Shown here one piece after another: positions 43,008-52,892 of a DNA stretch of 64,000 bases. The notes under the pieces were generated by a model, which made no database searches, was not told where the DNA came from, and worked only from the letters and a program-made list of their open reading frames with translations. This stretch comes from an uncultured Acidobacteriota bacterium (lineage in GTDB: Bacteria; Acidobacteriota; Vicinamibacteria; Vicinamibacterales; UBA8438), in NCBI GenBank assembly GCA_913043225.1, contig CAJWLU010000008.1, positions 76,909 through 140,908 of the forward strand, written 5' to 3'. The translations under genes and the position numbers were made by a program. Position 1 is the stretch's first letter. Each line of letters starts with the position of its first letter.

Positions 43008-45995
43008 TCAGTCGATGTAGATGAACTCGCTGGCGCCCAGGATCACGTGGCACAGCCGGGTCCACGCGAATGTCTCTTCCTCACCCGCGGGCGCAACGTT
43101 ACGCATTTCGGCGAGGAATGACAGGCTGTCGTCAATCTCTGCCTGGGACGCTTGTCGGCCGTAGGCGTAGACGAATGCGGTCGCGATGCGCGCTTCTGGG
43201 CTCGCGGCGGTGTCGGCCAGGAGCCGCTCGGCGAATCGACGGGCCTGGGTCTCGACGAATTCGCTGTTCATCATCAGGAGCGCCTGCGATGGCACCACCG
43301 TCGCCGGCCGTGCCCCCACCGAGTCGCTCGCGTTCCCAAAGTCGAAGCCCGCGAAGATGTCATAGATCGCGTTTCGCACGACGGGCATGTAGACCGATCG
43401 ACGCGGCGCGGCGTAGAAGTTGAACTGTCCGAAGGTGTTGCCCTCGCTGAAGACGTACCCGCGCGGGTTGTACTCTTCCACCCGGCCGCCCATGGTTAGG
43501 TCTAGGGTGCCCGCCAGTTGGAGGAGGCTGTCGCGAATCGGCTCCACTTCGAGCCGGCGCCGGTTCATCCGCCAATGCAGCTGGTTGCCCTCGTCGGTCG
43601 CCGCCTGCACCCTCCCGTAGTCCGTGCTGAGCCGATAGGTGCTCGAAAGCAGAATCTCGCGATGGAGCGCCTTGACGGACCATCCCTGCTCGATAAACCG
43701 GCGGGCGAGCCAGTCCAGTAGCTCCGGGTGGGTGGGCGTCGAGCCGGTCGCCCCGAAATTGCTCGGGGTATCGACGAGACCGCGGCCAAAGTGCCAGTGC
43801 CAGAGGCGGTTAACCATGACCCGGGCCGTGAGAGGGTGCTCCGGATGGGTGATCCATTCCGCTAGCTGCAGCCGGCCGCTCTCGTTGGCTGGAATCGGTG
43901 GTGGTGGCACCAGGTGGTCGGTGACCCGAAGGAATCCGCGCGGCTGTGGGGTGTCGGTCAGGTTAAGGTGGCTGCCTCGGATGTGGACCGGTAGGTCTAC
44001 GATCTCGTCCTCCTGAACCGACATCGCGTAGAGAGGCCTGGGCGGCGACGCCGCTTCGCGCTCTTCGACTACTGCCCGGAGCGCGGCCAGCTCGGTCATC
44101 ACCTCTTCGGGGTAGAAGCGCTCTTCTTCGGTCTGCGGCAGACAGAGGATGCAGAGCCGACCGTCGTAGACCAGCCGCCGCAGCTCTTCCTGCTCTCGTG
44201 GTAGCCGGAAATCCCGGGGCGACAGCTCTTCTTCGTCTCTTAGCCCGAGTCGCTGGAGGTGTTCGCTCCAGGCGATGTCGATCACGCCGAAGAGGTTGGC
44301 GTAGCGCCAGGCGACCTCTTCGAGGCTACGGGGCGCCGGACCGCGCACCAGATTTCGTGTGAGCGGGGCGATGAGCACCTTCTCGGAAGCGATCAGCGAC
44401 CGGAGATCTTCGGTCACCTTTTCATAGGTTGACGGGTCGGCGGAGGCGTAGGTGTCCCAGATCTCGAAGACCACACTTGGGTTCGCACCGTCGCCCTGTA
44501 CCGGCGGCCCCTCCCGATAGTCGAAGAACGCTCGCACCCACTTGGCGACGACCGCCACCTCGAGTCCATCACGTTCAGCGATCCGGTAGACCTCGTCCAT
44601 GGCGACTCGGTTCGCCTCTTCGTCCTCGCTCCAGTAAGAGTACGCCTCCTCGGCGGCGAGCAGATACGCGGCGAGCGCTTCCCGCCGCGGTCGGCGGAGT
44701 TCCTCGTTCTGGGCATCGATGACGGCGGATACGGCTTCTTCCGCTTCTTCGACTAACTCCTGCGCCGCCTCGTAGGCGTCGACCGTGGCCTCGTCGGCCA
44801 ACGGGCGTTCCACCCAGCGGCTGTCTTCACCGCCCATCGTCTTGGTGGATCGCATAATGCCGGCCATCGCGTAGTAATCGGCGGTGGGGATCGGATCGAA
44901 CTTGTGGTCGTGACACCGCGCGCAGCCGATCGGTTCGGCCAAGAAGGCCCGTCCCACCACGTTTACTTGCTCATCGACGATGTCGATCAGCATCTTGTCG
45001 ACGTCCTGCTCGGCCAGCACCTTGGCGCCCACCGTCAGGAAACCGGTCGCCCTTAGGTTCGCGAACCGTTCCTCGTCCGAGGCCGCCGGCAGCAGGTCCC
45101 CCGCGATCTGGGCCTTGACGAACTGGTGGTAAGGCAGGTCGTCGTTGAAAGCGGCGATCACCCAGTCGCGATAGAGGAACGCGTTTCGATGGGCGACGTT
45201 CTCGTCTAGCCCGTTCGAGTCAGCGTAGCGGGCCACGTCCAGCCAGTGCCGGCCCCAGCGTTCCCCGTAGCGGGGCGACGCTAGCAGCCGGTCAACCACA
45301 CGCTCGTAGGCATCCGATCTGGTGTCAGCCAGAAACGCGTCGATCGCGGCCGGGGTGGGGGGCAGGCCCGTCAGGTCAAAGGTAACGCGGCGCAGGAGTT
45401 GGCGCTTGCCGGCTGGGCCAACGGGGTCAAGGCCTTCCAGTTCGAGGCGGGACAGGATGAACCGATCGATCGGTTTTCGCACCCAGGATTCGTTTCGCAC
45501 GGGCGGGGGCGTCGGGCGACGCATCGCCTGGAACGCCCAGTGCTCGCGCCCGGGACCGAAGTCGTACTCGGCGCCGGCGTCCGAACGAGCGGCCACCACG
45601 GGTGTGTCCGAGACTCTGGGGTCGGGGGCGCCGGCAGTAATCCACCGTTCGAAGTCGGCGACCACATCGTCGGGAAGCCGTCCGTCGGGCGGCATTTTGA
45701 TAGGGCCCTCATACTGGATGGCCTTGATCAGGAGACTGTCGTCAGGGGCGCCGGCGACCATGACAGCCCCGCTGTCACCACCGGCCTGCATGCCCTCCGC
45801 GTCCATTAGCACAAGCCCGCCCCGGACCCGCTCTGGGTCGGCTCCGTGGCACTGATAGCAGCGCTCGGCGAGGACGGGGCGAATCTTCGATTCGAAGTGT
45901 TCCAGATCGTCGGTGGTACCCGGCTGGGCGGACGCGTTCGTGGACGTCGAGAGGAGTAGCAGCGATGCGGCCAGCGTCGATCTCAAGAGGCGCAT
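43008..45995 (-). CDS. Planctomycete cytochrome c + DUF1549 + DUF1553 protein
   Basis: CYQCH..MPP, HWAF, DLTGLPPT, WLDVARYADS, CARCHDHKFDP, ARVMVNRLW, PTHPELLDWLA. Confidence 0.93.
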   Translation of the reverse strand: MRLLRSTLAASLLLLSTSTNASAQPGTTDDLEHFESKIRPVLAERCYQCHGADPERVRGGLVLMDAEGMQAGGDSGAVMVAGAPDDSLLIKAIQYEGPIKMPPDGRLPDDVVADFERWITAGAPDPRVSDTPVVAARSDAGAEYDFGPGREHWAFQAMRRPTPPPVRNESWVRKPIDRFILSRLELEGLDPVGPAGKRQLLRRVTFDLTGLPPTPAAIDAFLADTRSDAYERVVDRLLASPRYGERWGRHWLDVARYADSNGLDENVAHRNAFLYRDWVIAAFNDDLPYHQFVKAQIAGDLLPAASDEERFANLRATGFLTVGAKVLAEQDVDKMLIDIVDEQVNVVGRAFLAEPIGCARCHDHKFDPIPTADYYAMAGIMRSTKTMGGEDSRWVERPLADEATVDAYEAAQELVEEAEEAVSAVIDAQNEELRRPRREALAAYLLAAEEAYSYWSEDEEANRVAMDEVYRIAERDGLEVAVVAKWVRAFFDYREGPPVQGDGANPSVVFEIWDTYASADPSTYEKVTEDLRSLIASEKVLIAPLTRNLVRGPAPRSLEEVAWRYANLFGVIDIAWSEHLQRLGLRDEEELSPRDFRLPREQEELRRLVYDGRLCILCLPQTEEERFYPEEVMTELAALRAVVEEREAASPPRPLYAMSVQEDEIVDLPVHIRGSHLNLTDTPQPRGFLRVTDHLVPPPPIPANESGRLQLAEWITHPEHPLTARVMVNRLWHWHFGRGLVDTPSNFGATGSTPTHPELLDWLARRFIEQGWSVKALHREILLSSTYRLSTDYGRVQAATDEGNQLHWRMNRRRLEVEPIRDSLLQLAGTLDLTMGGRVEEYNPRGYVFSEGNTFGQFNFYAAPRRSVYMPVVRNAIYDIFAGFDFGNASDSVGARPATVVPSQALLMMNSEFVETQARRFAERLLADTAASPEARIATAFVYAYGRQASQAEIDDSLSFLAEMRNVAPAGEEETFAWTRLCHVILGASEFIYID

Positions 45996-46331
45996 TCTGA
46001 GTGTCAACCCTACCTCAGTCGCGTCGTGTGACCAAGGAGTCAAGGGGTGGGCACACGCTGCCAGGGATGAGGGATGAGTCTTAGACTCCTGTCGGCGGCC
46101 GGATCAAGTAGGACGCGTAGTTAGTACCGATGCGGGAACAGGGCGAAGACGTGGCTCTTCCTTGGCTGAATTCACGAGTAGCGACGTCGCAGTTTGTACG
46201 GCCGCGTCCTCAATTAGCGAGAGCGGCGCTGGCGCGGTGAACATCTCTTCCAGACTGGTAGCTGTGGACCCCTGCGTCCCTGGTGGTATGAATCACCACG
46301 TGCGAAGATGGCCCACGCTAAGGAGGTTGTC

Positions 46332-47768
46332 ATGCAATTTGGGCGATGGGTTCTCGTCATCGGGTCGGTGATCGTGGCGGTACCGGCTTCGGTCTCGGCG
46401 CAGTCGCCTGACGACCTTGGCGGTGTCGTCTACGTGTCGGCAGTAGCCGCGCCCGGCGGCGACGGAAGCCGTCAGGCGCCGTTTCGGACCCTGGCTGCGG
46501 CGCAGGCAGCGTCGGCGGCGGGCGACACGATCCACCTGTTGCCCTCTGACCAGGTGCTCGATGGAGCGATCACGCTGAAGCCGGGCCAGAAGTTGCTTGG
46601 CCTTACCTCCGACGGCACTCCGGCCACTGACCCGGTCGAGCGGGTGCGTCTGACCAGCACAGCCGAGTTGCCCGAGGGCACGGTGGTGACCTTGGGCGGA
46701 AACAATGAGATCGCCGGTGTTCACTTTGAAGAGATGGTGGGACACGCCATTGCTGGCCACGGGGTCGACTATTCTGGGACTTTCATCCATCACGCGACCT
46801 TCGAAGGCAACGCCGACGAGCACATCGCGGACGAGCGCGGGCAGGTCTACGCCGTGAGTTTCGATGCCAGCCTCGGTGTGCGCTACGACGTTCGTATCGA
46901 AGACAGCCTTTTTCGGGACGGAGAAGACCTGGGAGCGATCCGGGTGTTTCATTCGGGTGATAGTGAGGGCCGCTACCACTTTGCCCGCAATGAGTTCTTC
47001 AGCCTGGGCGGACGGCCCTACTTCGTCCGGACCCGGGAGACCAGCCGAGTCGAGACGGTGATTCTGGACTCGGTGGCCGATAGCATCGGGCGTGGTGACC
47101 GGAACTCGGACAGCATCATTCCGTATCTGATGGGGCGTTCCGAGCAGGTCATGCTGGTGCGCAACTACCGGTTTGACAACACCCAGCAGGTGGGCAACCG
47201 GTCGAGCACCGGCATCGAGGGCTATATCTTCGGTTCGCCTCGGGAAGACGAAGCCAACTGGTGTGATGGATGCCGGTTAACACTGGTCATCGAGGACAGC
47301 GTGCTGCGAAACGCCGTTACCGACCCGATCCAGTTCTCTAATTCTGGACGTGACTCGGTGCTGCGCTACGTCATTCGAGATACCAAGATTCTCGGGGGCA
47401 CGCCTCGTCAGGGTGGCGGCGGAATCTCGGTGAACCTGCAGGATGAGCCTGACAGCGATGGTAGCACCACACTGCTCGTAGAGGGCACCGACGTGGTCGG
47501 TACCGACGGGTTCGGGTTGAGCGTCAACAACGGCGGCGGAGGGGATGCGCTGACCGTGGACCTTGGTGGCGGGCCGCTCGGGAGCCAGGGCGGCAACCGG
47601 CTGCTGGACAACGATCGTGGGCCGCTGCGGCTGGCTCCGGGGTGGACCATCCACGCTGGCGGGAACTGGTGGGGTGGCGACGAGCCGGCCGTCCTGGGGC
47701 CGGACGACCAGCCGTCGTCACACTCCGAGGTCTTTCTCGATCCGGTCTTGAGCGAAGACCCCCTATAG
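46332..47768 (+). CDS. Exported protein, probable right-handed beta-helix
   Basis: aaggagg SD; signal peptide; VYVS...GDGSRQAPFRTL...AGDTI start and AGGNWWG end typical of beta-helix proteins. Confidence 0.7.
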   Translation: MQFGRWVLVIGSVIVAVPASVSAQSPDDLGGVVYVSAVAAPGGDGSRQAPFRTLAAAQAASAAGDTIHLLPSDQVLDGAITLKPGQKLLGLTSDGTPATDPVERVRLTSTAELPEGTVVTLGGNNEIAGVHFEEMVGHAIAGHGVDYSGTFIHHATFEGNADEHIADERGQVYAVSFDASLGVRYDVRIEDSLFRDGEDLGAIRVFHSGDSEGRYHFARNEFFSLGGRPYFVRTRETSRVETVILDSVADSIGRGDRNSDSIIPYLMGRSEQVMLVRNYRFDNTQQVGNRSSTGIEGYIFGSPREDEANWCDGCRLTLVIEDSVLRNAVTDPIQFSNSGRDSVLRYVIRDTKILGGTPRQGGGGISVNLQDEPDSDGSTTLLVEGTDVVGTDGFGLSVNNGGGGDALTVDLGGGPLGSQGGNRLLDNDRGPLRLAPGWTIHAGGNWWGGDEPAVLGPDDQPSSHSEVFLDPVLSEDPL

Positions 47769-47775
47769 GCAGGCG

Positions 47776-48723
47776 CTACTGCCCATCGTAGAGATACTGC
47801 ACCGTCGCCTGGAGCCGATCCTCGGTGGCGACGTAATCGCTGTACTGGCTGGGCACGCTGTAAGACGAGACCACTTCGTCCACCGAGCGGCCAGCGGCTT
47901 TTCCGGCTTCGGCCTTCGCCACGACGTCATTGTAGAACCCGCCGTAGTCCACGAAGTCCTGCCAGGGTAGGGGCACCGGGTTGTGGCCTGGGATGACCCG
48001 GTCGACGCCGGAGATGCCGGCGGCTGCCTTGGTCAGGGTTTTGCCGAACTCGGTTGCGCTGCCGTTGCTGCTGGCGACGTCGAGATAAGGTAGCCCCTTG
48101 CGGGCCATCATGTCGCCGGTATGCATCACCCGCGCGTCGCGGAACACGACAAACGTGTCGCCGTCGGTGTGGCCGCGCCCGAAGTAGTACAAGTCGATGC
48201 TGTCGGCACCGCTGTGCACCGTCATCCGGTCGCTGAAGGTCTGGTCCGGTAGAAACCGCGCGTTCTCACCCTTGAAGGCGTCGCAGTTCTTGATCGAGCC
48301 GCCCTGGAAGCCGGTGCCGTCGCCACAGTCGTCGCTGCGGAGGTTGGCCGCCGTGTTCTCGTGGACGACGATGTTGACGCTTTCTGGAAACTCAGCGTTG
48401 GCACCGGTGTGGTCCCAGTGGGTGTGCGTATTGATGATTGTGGTGACCGGCTTGTCGGTGAGTGCGCGCACAACACTTAGGATGTCCGGGCCGTAGCCCT
48501 TGATCTTCGTGTCGACGAGGGTGACCCCGTCGCTGGCCACGAAGATGGCGGTGTTGCCGCCGCCACCCATGCCCTGTACAGATGGGGCATTGGCCAACAT
48601 GAACAGGTTGTCGTCGAGTTCCTGTACGGCCAAGGTCGCGCGATCCTGACGAGCCTCGTTGACGGCGACGGTCGTCAGGACGCCGACAAGAATCAAAAGC
48701 GTCAGGCAGCTGCTGCGTGTCAT
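47776..48723 (-). CDS. Exported MBL-fold metallo-hydrolase
   Basis: INTHTHWDHTG, GHTDGD, HTGD, IPGH. Confidence 0.9.
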   Translation of the reverse strand: MTRSSCLTLLILVGVLTTVAVNEARQDRATLAVQELDDNLFMLANAPSVQGMGGGGNTAIFVASDGVTLVDTKIKGYGPDILSVVRALTDKPVTTIINTHTHWDHTGANAEFPESVNIVVHENTAANLRSDDCGDGTGFQGGSIKNCDAFKGENARFLPDQTFSDRMTVHSGADSIDLYYFGRGHTDGDTFVVFRDARVMHTGDMMARKGLPYLDVASSNGSATEFGKTLTKAAAGISGVDRVIPGHNPVPLPWQDFVDYGGFYNDVVAKAEAGKAAGRSVDEVVSSYSVPSQYSDYVATEDRLQATVQYLYDGQ

Positions 48724-48816
48724 CGTATCCTCTCCTGTTTTCATGAGGCGGTGCCCCAGACCCCACGCTGTGTCGTGCGGTCGCGGCCACACTATACTGG
48801 CGTTTTAGCCGCGAGA

Positions 48817-48978
48817 CTACAGGTTAGGGACGCCCGACGGAATGAACGCCACCGAGTGAACCGGGCCGCCGCGCTCCCCTTCAATTTCCGCCAGGAGCGC
48901 CACGACGCATGTCCCGGAGGGCGGGAGCGCTGACAGGTCGACCAGAGTCTCCCACCCGATGACGTTTTTGCCATACAA
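48817..48978 (-). pseudogene. C-terminal remnant of a cyclase / kynurenine-formamidase-like gene
   Basis: LYGKNVIGWETLVDLSALPPSGTCVVALLAEIEGERGGPVHSVAF matches the degraded cyclase-family ending (ENlanL.aLP..G...vAlP.kI.gg.GgP.R.vA); no N-terminal part present. Confidence 0.65.
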
Positions 48979-49053
48979 GTTGTAGGGAGACCTCACATTA
49001 TCGGGATCGGATCGGTCCCAAGGAGCCGCGTCTGGAGGTATCATGGTGTAGCT

Positions 49054-51513
49054 ATGCGTTGGCGTTTGCTGCCGATTTTGCTGGCGGGGCTGGTGCCCTT
49101 GGTTGTCCCGTCCTCCGTGTGGGGGCAGGCCATGTCGGCCGAGTTGACACGCGCGGTCCTCGACCAGTACTGCGTTCGCTGTCACAACGAGCGCCGCCCG
49201 ACGGCCGACGTCGTGCTCGACCGCGATCTGAGCAACGTGGCGGCTGATGCCGAGGTCTGGGAGCGCGTGCTGGTCAAGCTTCGGGCCCAAACGATGCCGC
49301 CGGGCGGCAATCCGCGCCCGAGTGAGGACGTCTATCGTGGCGTCTCGTCGTGGTTGGCCTCGGAAATCGACCGGGTGGCACTGGTGGATCCCGATCCTGG
49401 GCGGGGTGAGACATTGCACCGGTTGAACCGCGCGGAGTATCACGCCGCGGTTCGCGATCTTTTGTCCGTCGACGTTGATGTGGCGTTACTCCTGCCGGTC
49501 GACAACACCTACGAGCACGGTTTCGACAATAACGGCGACATGCTCTCGATCTCGCCGGACCTGGTGTCCCGCTATCTGTCTGCGGCCCGGAAGATCAGCC
49601 GGCTTGCCGTCGGCATTCCGCCGGTCGGTCCCACTGTCGACACCTACCGGGTGCATCCGGGACTGTTGCAGGACGACCGACAGCACGACGCTCTGTCATT
49701 CGGGTCTCGAGGCGGCCTGGCTATTCGACACTACTTTCCAGTGGACGGGGAGTACACGATCAGCATTGGGCTGCACCGGAATTTCTCCGACTACATCATC
49801 GGATTCTCGGCGCCCCAGGTGATCGACGTGCGGGTCGACGGGGCGCTTGTAACGCGCTTTGATGTCGGCAACGCCGACGCCGTGGGACAGATGGCTCCCC
49901 TGAGCTTCTCCGGAAACATCGCTGGAGATCCAGACTGGGAGTACTACATGAACACCGGCGACGCTGGTCTCGAGGTGACCTTCTCGGCCCTGGCTGGGTC
50001 GCGCGTGGTGGGTGTGTCGTTTCTGCGTCAGCAGTCAGAGCACGAGGGCATCCTGCAGCCACGCAACCGCGGCTACGGGCGATTCGTCGACGAGCGGTAC
50101 GACGAGAACGCTCTGCTCGAGCACGTGTCGATCGGCGGGCCCTACACGGTGGAGGGAGTGGGCGACACGCCTAGTCGTGGACAGATCTTCGTGTGTCAGC
50201 CGGACGCCGAAACGGCAGAGGCGGCGTGCGCGATCGAGATTCTCGAGCGGCTTGCGGCGCGGGCGTTTCGGCGTCCGGTAGGCGAGTCCGAGGTCGCGAC
50301 GTTCATGACGTTCTTCGCCGAAGGCCGCCGCGATGGCACGTTTGACGATGGCATCCAGTTCGCGCTTGAGCGGCTGCTGGTCGACCCAGAGTTCCTGTTC
50401 CGGATCGAGCGGGACCCGATCGATGTGGGGCCCGGCGATCGCTACGTGTTGAGCGATCTGGAACTGGCCTCTAGGCTCTCGTTTTTCCTGTGGAGCAGCA
50501 TTCCGGACCAGGAGTTGCTCGAAGTGGCGACTAGCGGCCGGCTGCGTGAGCCAGGCGTCCTCGACGCTCAGACCAGCCGGTTGCTTGCCGATCCGCGCTC
50601 GCACGCGCTGGTGGACAATTTCGTGAGCCAATGGCTCCGGCTGCGCAATCTCGACTCACAGGAGCGCGAGTCAGCGGAGTATCCCGAGTTCGACGAGAAC
50701 CTGCGCGAAGCGTTCCGCCGGGAAACGGAGCTGTTCGTCGGTACCAGCATCCGCGAAGATCGCAGTCTGCTGGAACTGCTCGATGCCGGTTACACCTTTG
50801 TCAACGAGCGGCTGGCCCGGTTCTACGGTATCGAGGGTGTCTACGGCGATCGGTTCCGACGGGTGGCGCTTGGCCCGGATCATCCGCGCCGCGGATTGCT
50901 GGGGAAGGGTGGGTTGCTGATGGTCACCTCCTATCCCAACCGTACCTCGCCGGTGCTGCGTGGCAAGTGGTTGCTCGAGAGCATTCTCGGGGCGCCGCCG
51001 CCTGAGCCTCCACCTAACGTGCCAGGCTTGCCGGATCGTGGCGAAGAAGGCGAGCCGGCCTCGGTCCGCGAGCGCCTCGAACGGCATCGTGCCAACCCCG
51101 CGTGCGTCTCCTGTCACGCTCCGATGGACCCGCTCGGTTTCGCGCTCGAGAACTTCGACGCGATCGGCGGGTGGCGGGACACGAGCGAGGCCGGGCAGCC
51201 GATTGACGCCTCGGCCACCATGCCGAGCGGGGTGGCCTTCGACGGGCCGGCTGGGCTCCGGCGCGAACTGCTACGGAGGGGTGACGACTTTGCGGGCGCG
51301 GTAACCGAGAAGTTACTGGCCTATGCCCTTGGACGCGGTCTGGTGTATCAGGACCGTCCGAGCGTGCGACAGATTGCGCGGGATTCGGCGGCCGACGAGT
51401 ATCGGTGGTCGTCCATCGTGCTGGGGATCGTCAAAAGCGCGCCGTTCCAGGAGCGGCGCGCCCGGGCCGACGGCGAGACACGAGTTGCGTCGGCGTCACC
51501 GGCGTCTAGGTAA
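49054..51513 (+). CDS. DUF1592-type di-heme protein, distant paralog E
   Basis: CVRCH..TMPP, HRLNRAEY, RLSFFLWSSIPD, RTSPVLRGKW, CVSCH. Confidence 0.93.
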   Translation: MRWRLLPILLAGLVPLVVPSSVWGQAMSAELTRAVLDQYCVRCHNERRPTADVVLDRDLSNVAADAEVWERVLVKLRAQTMPPGGNPRPSEDVYRGVSSWLASEIDRVALVDPDPGRGETLHRLNRAEYHAAVRDLLSVDVDVALLLPVDNTYEHGFDNNGDMLSISPDLVSRYLSAARKISRLAVGIPPVGPTVDTYRVHPGLLQDDRQHDALSFGSRGGLAIRHYFPVDGEYTISIGLHRNFSDYIIGFSAPQVIDVRVDGALVTRFDVGNADAVGQMAPLSFSGNIAGDPDWEYYMNTGDAGLEVTFSALAGSRVVGVSFLRQQSEHEGILQPRNRGYGRFVDERYDENALLEHVSIGGPYTVEGVGDTPSRGQIFVCQPDAETAEAACAIEILERLAARAFRRPVGESEVATFMTFFAEGRRDGTFDDGIQFALERLLVDPEFLFRIERDPIDVGPGDRYVLSDLELASRLSFFLWSSIPDQELLEVATSGRLREPGVLDAQTSRLLADPRSHALVDNFVSQWLRLRNLDSQERESAEYPEFDENLREAFRRETELFVGTSIREDRSLLELLDAGYTFVNERLARFYGIEGVYGDRFRRVALGPDHPRRGLLGKGGLLMVTSYPNRTSPVLRGKWLLESILGAPPPEPPPNVPGLPDRGEEGEPASVRERLERHRANPACVSCHAPMDPLGFALENFDAIGGWRDTSEAGQPIDASATMPSGVAFDGPAGLRRELLRRGDDFAGAVTEKLLAYALGRGLVYQDRPSVRQIARDSAADEYRWSSIVLGIVKSAPFQERRARADGETRVASASPASR

Positions 51514-51548
51514 GCGGGGACCCTGAACAGAGGGAGCCAGGTCGGATC

Positions 51549-52883
51549 ATGATCATCACCAAGATGTCGCTGCCACGGCGCACCGTCTTACGCGGACTGG
51601 GTACCGCGCTCGCCTTGCCGCTGCTAGATGCGATGGTGCCCGCCGCGTCGGCCCTGGCACGCACGGCCGCCAAGCCGAGACGCCGATTCGGCGTGGTCTA
51701 TGTGCCCAACGGTATCGCGATGGAGTACTGGACGCCGGCCGAAGTGGGTCGCGGTTTCCCCTTGACGCCGATCCTGCAGCCATTGGCGGAGTTCAAAGAC
51801 CAGATGACGGTGGTCTCCGGCCTCAGAGGCTACTGGACCCCCGCGCACGCCGGTGCATCGACAACGTTCCTGACCGGCGCCGCCGGTGTGGCGGGTGAGA
51901 CGGCACCGGTCGCTGACACCTCCATGGACCAGTTGCTGGCCCGCGAGTACGGGCAGGAGACAGAGCTTGCCTCGCTGCAGCTGGCCATCGACAGCCGGGC
52001 CAATGCCGGCCAGTGCAGCGGTGGGCACAGCTGCGTGTACACGAATACCATCTGCTGGCGGAGCCGGACGACGCCGTTGCCGATGGAGAACAACCCGCGC
52101 GTGGTGTTCGAGCAGATGTTCGGCGATAGTGGCAGCACCGACCCGGCTGTGCGGCAGGTCAGGATGGCGCGTGACCGTTCCATTCTCGACTCGGTTACCG
52201 ACAAGGTTGCTACCCTGCAGCGGGAGCTGGGGCAGGACGACAGTCTGAAGATTGACGAGTATCTCGAGGGGGTCCGCGACATCGAGCGTCGGATTCAGCG
52301 TGCCGAGCAGCGACAGAGCGTCGATCTTCCAGAGGTGATGCAGCCTGAAGGTATCCCGTCGACGTTTGCCGACCACGTCCGGCTGATGTTCGATCTGCAG
52401 TTGCTGGCGCACCAGGTGGATCTGACCCGGGTCACCACGTTCATGCTTGGGCGGGAAGTCAGCTCGCGAACCTATACCGAGATCGGAGTGCCGGACGCAC
52501 ATCACCCGTTGTCGCACCACGAATACAAGCCGGAAAAGATCGCGTTGATGTCGAAGGTCAACGCCTATCACGCCTCGCTGTTCGCGGAGTATCTGACCAA
52601 GCTGCGCAATACGCCGGACGGCGACGGATCGCTGCTAGATAACATGCTGTTGATGTACGGGTGCGGTATGTCGGACAGCAACGCGCACAGCCCGCTCGAC
52701 CTACCGGTGCTACTGTTGGGTGGCTGCGGGGGCCAGATCGAGGGCGACCGCCATCTGCACTACCCCGACGATCCCTTGATGCCGAACCTGCTGGTGACGC
52801 TGATGGAGAAGCTCGACGTTCCGGTCGATCGTGTGGGGGAGAGCGATGGGCGGCTGCGGCTTGACGGCCTGGCCGGCGTGTAG
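51549..52883 (+). CDS. DUF1552 domain protein (Tat-like signal)
   Basis: PRRTVLRGLG, YVPNG, HHPLSHH, GSLLDN, SDSNAH. Confidence 0.93.
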   Translation: MIITKMSLPRRTVLRGLGTALALPLLDAMVPAASALARTAAKPRRRFGVVYVPNGIAMEYWTPAEVGRGFPLTPILQPLAEFKDQMTVVSGLRGYWTPAHAGASTTFLTGAAGVAGETAPVADTSMDQLLAREYGQETELASLQLAIDSRANAGQCSGGHSCVYTNTICWRSRTTPLPMENNPRVVFEQMFGDSGSTDPAVRQVRMARDRSILDSVTDKVATLQRELGQDDSLKIDEYLEGVRDIERRIQRAEQRQSVDLPEVMQPEGIPSTFADHVRLMFDLQLLAHQVDLTRVTTFMLGREVSSRTYTEIGVPDAHHPLSHHEYKPEKIALMSKVNAYHASLFAEYLTKLRNTPDGDGSLLDNMLLMYGCGMSDSNAHSPLDLPVLLLGGCGGQIEGDRHLHYPDDPLMPNLLVTLMEKLDVPVDRVGESDGRLRLDGLAGV

Positions 52884-52892
52884 CGCTTGGCG

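Noticed and set aside
45996..46331. ncRNA or gene remnant in a long divergent intergenic region
   Set aside because: No convincing structure or recognisable peptide.
47776..48723. Calling the MBL-fold protein a beta-lactamase
   Set aside because: HxHxDH is superfamily-wide; no class-specific evidence.
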